In this document: positions 53,861-64,000 of the stretch, one piece after another
Numbering within the stretch: the first letter of the stretch is position 1
Layout: each line of letters begins with the position of its first letter
NCBI RefSeq assembly: GCF_009914755.1
Contig: NC_060940.1
DNA: 64,000 nt
Direction: 5' to 3' (one strand)
From: the human T2T-CHM13v2.0 reference genome, Homo sapiens
Notes under the pieces: generated by a model
What the model was told of the DNA's origin: nothing
Seen by the model: the letters and a program-made list of their open reading frames with translations, nothing else
Database searches by the model: none
Made by a program: the position numbers and the translations under genes

Positions 53861-54358
53861 AGATGAATTTATTTCCAGTCATCTCCTAGTGAAATGACAA
53901 AGTCAGTGCTCAAACTGCCTCAAAGTTCTCCACGACCCAGGATGCACAGGCCTGGATTGCAGATAGCAGATGACAGTGAAGTCATCTGTTGTCCATTGTG
54001 TGAGGTCTGCCCAGGGAGTGCAAAAGGCCTCAATGTGAGAAAAAGGTCCTTCCCACAGAAGAACTAAGGGCAACACCTAGGGAGTCTGAGCCCCAGCACT
54101 CTGGCTGGAGACTTCAACCTTTGGGTACGTTTGTCTATGACTTCACTACATCTCCAGAACACTCACCTGCCTGGCTGTTAGATGCCCACACTGGTGGTGG
54201 CTTAACACCACCAAAAACTCAGACTTGACTACAACACATCTGTGAATCTTTCCTAGGGAAATGATCAAATGCAGACAAAGCCTTAACTGCAAATATAGAC
54301 CTTGCAGGGATTTGATAATAAAAAATATCAAATACCTACATATCCAAAACCAGGGGAT

Positions 54359-54814
54359 TAAGACCAGCCCAACTTACTCATAGAACAAAGGTTTATAATT
54401 TTTGGATAAACATAGAAATTGACCCTCCTGATCTTAAAGCTTCAAACTTGCATTTGTCTTATCTGAGTTCCTTTCTCAGAAAACTGATCTTCAGGCATCC
54501 CAGATAGTATCAAGGAATTGAAACTTACCAGATCACCACATATGGACAAAGAGGGACCAGACCCCTCATTCAATATGATTGTTTCCTGACCCTAACCTAA
54601 TTCCTGTTTTCCTTCATGTAGTTACATTTCTTCACTGCTATATAAACCCCTAATTTTAGTCAGTTGGGGAGACAGATTTGAGACTTATCTCCCATCCTCC
54701 TGGTTGGCATCACCCAAATAAAAAGCATTCTTTCCTGGCAATACTTGTCTCAGTGATTGGCTTTCTGTGCAGTGAGCAACAGAACCTAGACCAAACCCTG
54801 GCATTTCGGTAACA
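54359..54814 (+). mobile_element. ERV1 solo LTR, MER66-like, inserted in an L1 fragment
   Basis: ACCAGCCCAA...ATAAACATAGAAATTGACCCTCC...CCCAGATAGTATCAAGGAA; TATATAAA, AATAAA, ends CGGTAACA; 4-bp TSD GGAT/AGAT. Confidence 0.8.
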
Positions 54815-55059
54815 AGATCATTTAAGTACATTGTTGGTGCAGACAGTCAATGGAATAGAAAGAAGTTCACAAAGTATAAGCCATGTGCATGCCATTCACA
54901 CAGTCAATTACAGAACTCAACAGCCTGTTGGGTTCAGCCAATTAGAAAACCCAACAGCCTGTTAACACCTTGTTCATAAATGTTTGTTTTATAAGGTAAA
55001 ACACACAGGGCACGACGTTTCGAAAGGATGGCTTCAAAGTTCCATATTCAATTTGACAT

Positions 55060-55200
55060 GGTAATTAAGAGCGCATACTGCCACTTACCATTGTGACTTT
55101 GGCAAGTTAAACTTTCAGCATTCAAGTCCCCTCATCTGTAGAATGAAGCTAATATAAGCAGCGTTGTTGTAAGAATTAAATGAGATTAAAATACATAAAA
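55060..55200 (+). mobile_element. MIR fragment
   Basis: GCCACTTACCATTGTGACTTTGGCAAGTT...CCTCATCTGTAGAATG...GTTGTTGTAAGAATTAAATGAG. Confidence 0.8.
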
Positions 55201-55724
55201 TGGATAGGAAAAGTTTTGTTTTCTGCTGCTATGAATGCTTCCTTATGGCATTACCTGTATTATTATCCTGCCTTGACCTCTTTTATAAAGATAACTAGAT
55301 TTCTTGCAGCCTATACTGCGAACAGGAGTTATCTCTGGTTGTGAGACTTAGGACAATTTTCAGTTTCTAGCCCGTGCTTTTCAGGAATTTTCTATATTTT
55401 TTACAATGAACACATTTACTACTATAAAGAAAAAAATTAATTTTAAATAAGAGAAAAAAAAGCAAGTTCCTCCCCAGAGAAAGCTCCTAGTCCCATCTGA
55501 TCTCAGAGGGAGACCTAGTACCTAACTTAGCACTTTGGTTTCTCAATTCAAAGGACACTTAGTCAGGTGTTTTCCATGTTCTGGGAGCTGGGGTTACCTT
55601 CAGACAAAAGAAATACAGCACTGAGCCGTTATAATAAACAAATTTCCCTAGCATTTCCATAAGCAAAATAATTATGGTTTTTATTTTTAAACTGAGCAAG
55701 AAAAAGAGAAAAATTTTGATGAGA

Positions 55725-55744
55725 TGTGTGTGTGTGTGCGTTTT

Positions 55745-55780
<36 letters not shown>
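55725..55780. repeat. Interrupted (TG)n microsatellite
   Basis: Seen directly. Confidence 0.95.
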
Positions 55781-55782
<2 letters not shown>

Positions 55783-56254
55783 ACATAAGCCAGACATTAC
55801 TCCTTGCAGCAGCAATTAAGAATGAATAGTATCCTAAGGCCCTGTCAATGGGCTAAGCATGTTATTTTTAAGCTCCCCAAGAAATTGCACCCCTAATTTG
55901 TACCCTCATCAAAGCCTGCACTCCACTGCTGGAGACAGTTCAGGCTCTTGAGCACACCTGTAATCAGATTCCATATGTGAAGTGGAAGCGTGACAATCCC
56001 ATCCATCTCTGCAAAAGAATACTTAAAAGAATCCCAGTAATCATGGGGGGCTGTAGCTGAGTGCTGTAGCTTTTAATTACCAGCATTTCGTTATGGAACC
56101 ATAACCAGCTATTTCAATGTTCATTCTTCCTGGGCAAACAACTATCCTTATCACTGGGGTGGGGCTAAGTGGTGCCCATAAGCCAGAAATCTGGAGGCCT
56201 GGGTTCCAGTACAGCTCTGCCACTTGCTTGTGGACAAATAACTCACTTACGATC

Positions 56255-56470
56255 ATCACAATAGCTAAGTTGTATTGACCCACATTATGCATAAGGCACT
56301 GTACTCAGTACTTGCCCAAATTTTCATTTAACCCTAATAACAATCCTATGAGGAAGATGCAATTATGCGAAAGGCCCATTTTGCAAATGAGAAAACTGAG
56401 GCACGGAAAAGTGGCAAATTTTGGCCAAGGTTGCCCAGGCAATTAGTAATGGAGTTGGACTCCTGGCTCC
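56255..56470 (-). mobile_element. MIR
   Basis: AACAATCCTATGAGG...CCCATTTTGCAAATGAGAAAACTGAGGCAC. Confidence 0.85.
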
Positions 56471-57732
56471 CTGGGTCTGTAAAAATAAATTCAAAATCCT
56501 GCTTTTTCTACAAGTAGTGAGGTCCTCATCCCCAGAAGCAATCAGAGACCAAGGCTCAGCTCTCAGAACAGCTATAGGAAAGATTCTTCCAACATGAAGT
56601 GGCCTCTAAAGGTTCCTCTGACACTGCGATTCTGTAATTCTAGATATACAGACCAATCATGAGGGCAGTGACTTCTGACAAAAGTGTAAACATTTAGAAG
56701 AGAGAAGAAAAGATCTCATTTACCATGGAGGAAATAAAGGAAAGAACTGTGATGGCAGCAGAAATGAGCAAACCCTCTCTGATGCAGAAAGCTCTGAAAG
56801 AAATATGATTAAATTTTGTGCTTCCTGCCACGCCCCCTTTCCTTCAATGGCCTTTTACAAGTACCAATTTCTGGAATCAATAGCAAAGGAATCCAAAGAG
56901 GGCGAATATTAAATGTAATTCAGTGGCATATTACAGTAATCTAAAAGGGAAAAAAGAACTAATCTTCTCTGTGCTTTGTTATTGGAGTGTGTATTTTTGA
57001 AGGAAATGTAAGCTGTACCCTCCTCTCTTCAGACACTTGGGGTTGGGAAAGGTTGCTGGGTTCTTTATGGGCGAGGTCTTCATGTTCACAAAGAGCAACA
57101 TGAAGCAGAAACTATGACTCCTGATTTTCAGATGACGACATGGCCTTAGGACAAACCACTTGCCTGAAGTGCAAGGACTTGGATGTCCAGTCATCGCACT
57201 GTCTGCTCCATGGTGGTGCTGAGAGTGGCTGAGGAGTCAGGGGACAGCCTCTAGGGGTGCAGCTCCTTCACCTGAGAGAGGCTGGAGTCCACACCATTTC
57301 AGTCATCCTGGAATCTATCCTGGCTTCCCAAACTGCTACACCCAGCTGACACCCGTGTGAACAAATGGGAGAATGTGGTCCCAGGAAGTTATAACAGAAA
57401 ACATTCACAGAAAGTTCCATCTGCTTCTTACCTCCTGATCTTCTCAGAGCAAAGGAGACAAAAAAAGAAGGATCATATGATGACGAGACTGTCTTGCCTA
57501 AGAACCCTGAGCTGGGTTTCATGAGTGTGGACAGGGAAAGGATTTAATGGACACATGGAGTTTGGACATTTCATTCCATAAAATGACATGGAAACCATCT
57601 CCTCTACAGGAGTCTCTTTTATTTTGTGTTATTTTTAAATACATTATGCAATATTTAAGATACACAAAAAACATAAGGAAATACTACAACAATCACTCAC
57701 CTACCTACTCTACTGCTTAAGAAATCAAACCT

Positions 57733-57873
57733 GGCCAGGCATAGTGGTGTGTACCTGCAGTCCCAGCTACTCAGGAAGCTGAGACAGGAAGATTGCTTGA
57801 GCCCGGGAGTTCAAGGCGGCGGTGAGCTATGATCACGCCACTGCTTTCCAGCCTGAGTGACAGCCCTGCCTCA
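57733..57873 (+). mobile_element. Free right Alu monomer (FRAM-like)
   Basis: GGCCAGGCATAGTGGTGTGTACCTGCAGTCCCAGCTACT...GAGCTATGATCACGCCACTG; no left arm. Confidence 0.85.
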
Positions 57874-57886
57874 GGCAAGGCAAGGC

Positions 57887-58012
57887 AGAGAGAAAGGAAG
57901 GGGAAGGAAGGAAGGAAGGAAGGAGAGAGGAGAAGGAGGAAGGAGGAGGAAGGAGGAGGAAGGAGGAGGAAGGAAGTAAGGGAGAGAGAGAAAGGGAGGA
58001 AAGGAGGAAGAA
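57887..58012. repeat. GA-rich polypurine tract (monomer tail expansion)
   Basis: One pyrimidine in 126 bp; (AGGAGGAGGA)3 at 57941-57970. Confidence 0.95.
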
Positions 58013-58221
58013 CATTTTAGAAATATAGTTGAAGTCCCCAGGTCCCCCTCCCCAGTTGTATTTTCAACCTTGCCTTCACCTCCAAGATGTAACTCCTATC
58101 CCTGAATTGAGTGTGTATCATCCTAATACATTTCTTTATATTTTACTTTATTTATACATTTATGCCTCAAGCAATATTTGGTAATTTTTTGCATGTTTTA
58201 AAAACTTTATGTAAATGGTAT

Positions 58222-58565
58222 TGTCATAGACTGGGTGGCTTATAACAGAAATTTATTTCTCACAGTCCTGGAGCCTGGAAATCCAAAATCGGAATGCCAG
58301 CATGGTCGGGTTCTGGTGAGGTCCCTGTTCTGGGTTGCATACTACTGATTTCTATGTGTATCCTCACATGATAGGAAAACAGCAGAAAAGCATGCTCTCT
58401 CATGACCCTTAGAAGGGCACTAAGCCTATTCATAAGCACTCTACCCTCACGATCTCATCTATTCCTGATTACCTCCCAAAGGCCCCACCTCCTCATACCA
58501 TCACGTGGCAGAGTGATATTTCAACATATAAACTTGAGAAAAATGAAAACATTCAGTCCATAACA
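58222..58565 (-). mobile_element. MLT1A-like LTR nested in L1
   Basis: CATAGACTGGGTGGCTTATAACAGAAATTTATTTCTCACAG...TTACCTCCCAAAGGCCCCACCTCC...CATTCAGTCCATAACA. Confidence 0.9.
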
Positions 58566-58680
58566 AATATCATACATATAATTTCATCTGCAACTTATTT
58601 TTTCACTCAACTTCCTACTGGTGGGATTCGTCAATGTTGATATAAGTCACTCTAGTGGATTCATTCTCATTTCTGTAGAG

Positions 58681-58889
58681 TGGAAGTTGGCCCCTGGGCC
58701 AAATCCAAATGGCCACCTGTTTTTGTAAATAAAATTATTGGAACACATCCACACACATTCATTTAAGTATTTAGTCTATGGCTGTTTTCCTGCTACAATG
58801 GTGGAGTTGAGTGGCTGTGGCAGATTGTATGGCCTGCAAAGCCTAAAATCTTTATAATTATATTTACGGAAAAGGTTTGGCAACCCCTG
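58681..58889 (+). mobile_element. MER58A-like hAT-Charlie element nested in L1
   Basis: GGGCCAAATCC...CCTGTTTTTGTAAATAAA...TATGGCCTGCAAAGCCTAAAAT...GTTTGGCAACCCCTG; 8-bp TSD CTGTAGAG/CTCTAGAG. Confidence 0.88.
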
Positions 58890-61521
58890 CTCTAGAGTAT
58901 TCCATTATGACTATTACTCAGCTAATTTATTCATTCTCCTATTGATGGGCATATAGGTTGTTTCAATTTGAGGCCATTACAAACTGTGGTCATGAACCTT
59001 CGTGCACATGTCTTTGAATTCATGTAACAGTTGCTCTAGGGTTTATATCTAAAGATGTTTATGCATGTTCAATTTTTCTGGAAATTTGAAAATGTTTCTC
59101 CCAATTGGTTTTTATTAATGTACCCTTACAACAGCAATGTAGGATAGCTCTGTAGTACCAAATTCTCAATTATATTTGATACTGTTGCTTTTTTTTTTTT
59201 TTTGCTAGTCTTGTGAGCATGAAATACAATCTTCTTATAGTTTTTATTTTCATTTTTCCTGATTACCCGTGAGTTTGAGCAGTATTTGTTTCTTAGCCAT
59301 TTGTGTTCTTTCCTGTTCATATCTTTTGCCTACTTTTCTACGATGTTTGTCTTCTTCTAGTTGGTTTGTGGCTGATTTTTCTGTATTCTGGCCTGGATCC
59401 ATTGTTGGCAATGTGATTCCAAGTTTCTCCTCCCAGTCTTATTGGTGCTTTACTTTCAATGATATCTTTTGGTAACAGGTTGAAAATAAATATTCATTAG
59501 TAAAATTATTGATCATTACTCCAATAAGGCAATGTGCCAGAGATACTGTGGACCCAGATCTTCTTTAGTACTAGGTATTTTTATACTTTTAATTTTTGCC
59601 AATTGAAGCTCTATAACAAGTCTTGGTGCCTGACAGAGTGAATCCCCACCTTATACTACTTCAAAAGTGCCCTCGATATTCTTAGCCCTTGGTTATTCCA
59701 GATCCAATTTAGAATAAGTCCATAAAGTTCCACACATACTTTGTTAAAATTTTTATTGGAATTGTATTGAGCTTATAAGCTAACTTAGTAAGGAGCAACA
59801 TCTTTTCAATATTGAATCAACATATCCTTGAACATGGTATATCTATTTAGATTTGCTTCAAGTGTTATAATTTTCTTTCATAAAAGTCATACACAGCTTT
59901 TATTACATTTATCTGTAAGCACATTAGATTTTTGCTGCTATTGTAGTGTTTCAATATCTTGTGTACAGAATATAGCTTATTTTGTATATTGATATCCAAC
60001 AAACAATGAATTCTATTATTAATGCTAATTATTATCTTTAGAATCTCTCAGGTTTTCTATATGGGCAAACATAATTGTCCATGAAAATGGCAATTTTGCT
60101 TCTTCTTTCCAATCCTTATACCTCCTGTTTCATATTTTGTCACTGTGAATGAGACCATGGCTAAGACCTTCAATATCATATTGAAAAGTTAAGAATAGAT
60201 GACCTTCTTAATTTTAAGAAAAATGTGTTTTTACCCATTAAGCATGAGATATTATAGGTTTTTGACATATATACTTTGTCAGGTTAAAGAAGTTCCCCAT
60301 CCCTAAGAGTTTACAAGCACAGAAGGTAGCATCCTTATAGGTCCCAATTTGCAAGTTTACACATCCTGGGGTAATTATTAATAATGTTCCCTCATCCTCA
60401 AAAAGATTCTCATTTGGACAATAAATTGTATGTTACCTCCAATAGAAAAGTGATGTTAGATGACAATGCTAGGGAAATAATTTGACCATTTGAATATGAA
60501 ATGAATAAGAGGAACTTAGAGGTTTCTGTCAGTGAAGAGATTTTAGAATCTTCCCTGCCAAACTGAGAAATTTCCAACCTCAAGTAACAAAGCAATAACT
60601 ACCTACTCCTTCCCTCTGCAAATGCATGAGGAGAAATGCTCCAGAAACAGTCCCAATATTGCACAATTTGCTATTAGAGAAGAAACATGCACCAAATGAA
60701 GTAATTATCTTATCAAAAAGCAGCACTATTGGCAATCTGAGAATGAAGCCAACAACAACTTGGCCTGTCACATGCTCTGTTTTGTCACTTACGTCCCCAG
60801 TATAAATGCAAAAATGTGAAAACCGGGGGCAAGATTGAACGGCAATGGATCCATTCTGAAGCTGGCCATGAGCCACTTATTGAAGACATAAATTACAGGG
60901 CTGTCACCATCACCCTTCCTATTTGCAAATAAATGTTGTCATCTAATTGTACAAGACTTGGAGATTGTTTAACAAATTTCTCTGAGGGAGGCCTCAGCAG
61001 CAGCTTGGATTCCCTGGACACCCAGATTCTATCTGTCCACTTTGGTCATCTCTCTGCACGTGGCTCTTTTTGTTTTGAATGACAGATTCTGTTATCCCAT
61101 CTTTTCAGCCTTTCTTGGTGATAAAGCTACAACAGTCTGGTGTGTTTCTTGGCTGATTCTATTAAAGAAACATTAAGAATGAGTGATGAAGAGAAGCAGG
61201 CTCTGAAAAAACAGGAGGGAAGGAAGGGTCCTCCTTGACGCAAGTATGGATCGCTAAGCAGAATGCCCAAGAATGGGGGCTTTACAGCAGAAAAAATCTT
61301 TTCCTTTTGATCATGCTGGAAAAAAGAAGTAACACACAAAAAAGAGCAAGGTCTGGGGACAAAATTGGGGTGTCTGAGTCTGTGGATGCCATATTTGCCA
61401 CCCTGTGCACCAGAAACTTCTGGAATGAAGTGACAAGTGAGAAGGGCAAAGCTGCAAACATTGAGTAGGCCCACCTCATGCATTTATTCATTCATTCATT
61501 CAACTACCAGCTATGGAGCAT

Positions 61522-61900
61522 GGACTTAGTTTGGGTTCCCCCAGAAGGAGATCCTCAGGTAAGAATTCAAGTGCCAACAGTTTATCTGTGAGGCAAAGAA
61601 AACACCTGGAGAGGAGAAGAAAAGTCAAGGAAGAGAAGGCAGCCAACAAGGAGTGTGATGTCAAGTCCGCCTGTGGTCTGAGAGGCAGTGTATAGCCAGG
61701 GCTTTAGACTTATGCCTCCAGAGCTGGGGTATTGACAAACTCAGTCAATGGTAGAAGACTGCTTTCCCAGTGGTGTAATTCTCCTACTTCTGGTCCTCCA
61801 CTCAGGGGGTCAAAGTATTTAATAGATTTCAGCAACCTGAGAAATTTGTCAAGCAAAGAAAGGTAGAAACTAGCAATTGGAAAGCAGGTCAAGTGGCCTT
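61522..61900 (-). mobile_element. LTR16-like ERVL LTR fragment, inserted just inside an L2 3' end
   Basis: CTTAGTTTGGGTTCCCCCAGAAGGAGATCCTCAGGTAAGAATTCAAGTGC; (ATTC)n L2 tail at ~61485-61502. Confidence 0.6.
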
Positions 61901-62249
61901 AAAATGATGAGTGTTAGAGGATATGTGCAGGATACCAGCTCTTGCTGTGTGTCCCACAGTGTGCTCTATGCCCTCACTAGAACCATCAACAAGTCAGAAA
62001 TGGTCCCTGACCACATGGAGCTTGCTGGAGGCAAAGAACAGGCCACACACCCCTATGCCTCTTCCCTTTCTTCCCAGGACAGACAGGCCTTGAGACTCCA
62101 TAAGTGCATGCTTTGGTGCACTCTGCCACGGTCATCTCTGCCTTCTCTGAGTCCTTGCTGCCCTTTGCTTTGCCTTCATCTCCATTCTTCCCTCTCTCTG
62201 CTCCTCTGACCCAGGTTCTGAAATGTCTCCTTTTGCCCCATCCACATTA

Positions 62250-62365
62250 TCTGATAATAACAACAAGGATAATCAAAACCCTTTATTGAGCACATACTGT
62301 ATGCTAGCCACTGGGTTAAGTGACGTGTGGGTATTATCTCATTTAAATCTCAAAAACAATCATGG
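62250..62365 (-). mobile_element. MIR fragment
   Basis: TTTATTGAGCACATACTGTATGCTAGCCACTGGGTTAAG...ATTATCTCATTTAAATCTC. Confidence 0.75.
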
Positions 62366-64000
62366 CCTCACGTTCATATACCAAACCCCATTCCTGCTTT
62401 ATTCTACCTGCCAGATGGAGCCTTCTTGGGAAGCACTACAACTTAAAATTAAATGCAAGGTGCTCGCAAACCTCTGGCCACTGCATTTGGTCAACTTGTC
62501 ACTCCTTTACCTAAGTTAGTCCTGCAGTGCTTGCTCAGGCTTCATAGCCAAGACTTGCCCAGGCCTGCCCAGCACTGTCCCCATGATCTCCTGCAGCTGA
62601 AGTTTCCAACATGTCCCAGAAGCCCCATTCTGCCCCATTCCAGTAAAAAAAAAACCCATTTCTGAAGGCTAAACCGTGATCAGCATCCACCCAAGAGTCA
62701 GAGAATAGAAAAGAAGGCTTCTGCAGTCATTCTTAGTTGCTTTAGACAAATGTCAAAATTTGCCTTCATCTCCTCTATCCTTCTATCTTTGCAGCTTCCT
62801 CCTAAAATCAGGAAATTAGATTAAATAAGTAGTTCTCAAACTCTATTTCAATGGGCCATGATTCCACTTCTCATGGATTATTAATGTATTATCCTGTCTC
62901 TGATGATGTATTTTCATGGCGCTCTCCAGACACAGTACCCTGATGAAAAAGGAGTGGTTTTCATGGTTGGGATCTAGGCAAAGTAGCAAGGTCGTAGGAG
63001 AATATTGGGGTGGGTGGGGGTGCCACATTTGGCTGCCCCCTTGTCTCTTGGTGCATCAGAAGAACTCAGATTCAGAGCCTGGGAAATTCAGGCCAAGAAG
63101 AGTAAGTGACAACAAAAGGAAAGATAATAGCTCTTTGTTGGGAATAAAAGGAAAGCAGCAAAGGCAGAGGACCTGCTTATCTTGCATTCTGGCAGAACAC
63201 AGACCACCAACTCAGATACTTCAAAAGACCCCTGGCTCAGCTCCCCAGCCCCTCCCCTGGGGCTCCTGCAGAGAGAACATCATAATACATCTCCTCATTT
63301 TCTCCTGCACTTTTGATGTCAAAGTGTGGTCTGGTTAATTAGATGTTAGTGGGGGCCAGGGGTGCTGGAATCCAAACTCAATAAATTTCATTTCTGAAAG
63401 ACAAAGAGGTCAAGTGCATATTAAACTTGAGCGCTCAGGGAGTTCTGCCGGGGCATTTATTCAGTCAGGCTCGTTGCAGTTTAGGCAGAGAGAACACCAG
63501 GCAGCTTTTGGAGTCTGGCTGGGTGCGGAGGCAAGCCTGGAAGTCTGCCCATCTTACATTGTGGAAGAAGAGGGGGGGAAAAAGTCATTCAAATGTTTTC
63601 AACATAAATAGCTCAGTCCTGCAGTCAGATTTTGAAATTTCTGCCAATATCCAACTCCTTTCATGAGACTAGCTCAGTAAACAGCCTGGCCCTTAGTTTC
63701 ACCTCCTGCCGAGATCAAACCCACCAGCTTGGCTGTCTTCTGGGGGAGGCTGGCACTGCGAAGAGCCTATTCTAGCCTCTTGGAGCCCACTGGACTTGGG
63801 GCTGCCTCTCACCTCTGTTTATCATTATCTCAGAGCTACAGCCACAGGATAGCTTCTTTCGCCCATGCTTCACCTCCCGGTTGCCTTGGGCTGAACAGCG
63901 GAGGGAACATGGCACACACCACTCCCCAGCTCTGGCTGCTGCTCCATGACTGCAAGAAAATCAATATCCACCAACTGTTCCTATGGCAAGAGACCTTGTT

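Larger units (their letters stand above)
57620..60300 (-). mobile_element. Old L1 (L1ME/L1M) pieces carrying nested insertions
   Basis: TTATTCATTCTCCTATTGATGGGCATATAGGTTGTTTC; TTTTATTGGAATTGTATTGA; TTTGTCAGGTTAAAGAAGTTCCC. Confidence 0.75.

Noticed and set aside
61179-61468. MSDEEKQALKKQ... start suggesting an HMG-box-like pseudogene fragment
   Set aside because: A stop follows after 19 codons, the similarity does not extend, and there is no poly-A tail or TSD.

Overview
This is primate (catarrhine, probably human or great ape) non-coding genomic DNA, either intergenic or deep intronic. I find no credible protein-coding gene, processed pseudogene, structural RNA gene, CpG island or CRISPR array; the listed ORFs are Alu read-through, simple-repeat translations or chance frames. 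Much of the window is retroelement and DNA-transposon debris. It holds 11 dimeric Alus (J, S and Y types, several with clear target-site duplications) and a free right Alu monomer. It also holds solo LTRs (MLT1, LTR33/LTR16-like, MER74-like, LTR47-like, LTR1-like, LTR27-like, MER66-like), many MIR, L2, L3 and L1M fragments, and hAT-Charlie elements. Subfamily names come from my recall of consensus sequences, not from a RepeatMasker run, and old-repeat boundaries are approximate. I cannot demonstrate a novel biological system. The best leads are several repeat-poor blocks dense in homeodomain, PBX-HOX, MEIS and SOX motifs (candidate developmental enhancers), and a possible LTR27-initiated spliced non-coding transcript. 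There are also non-B DNA tracts (126-bp Z-DNA-type, 238-bp pure purine, G4) and mutational oddities in repeats. The locus cannot be identified without alignment.
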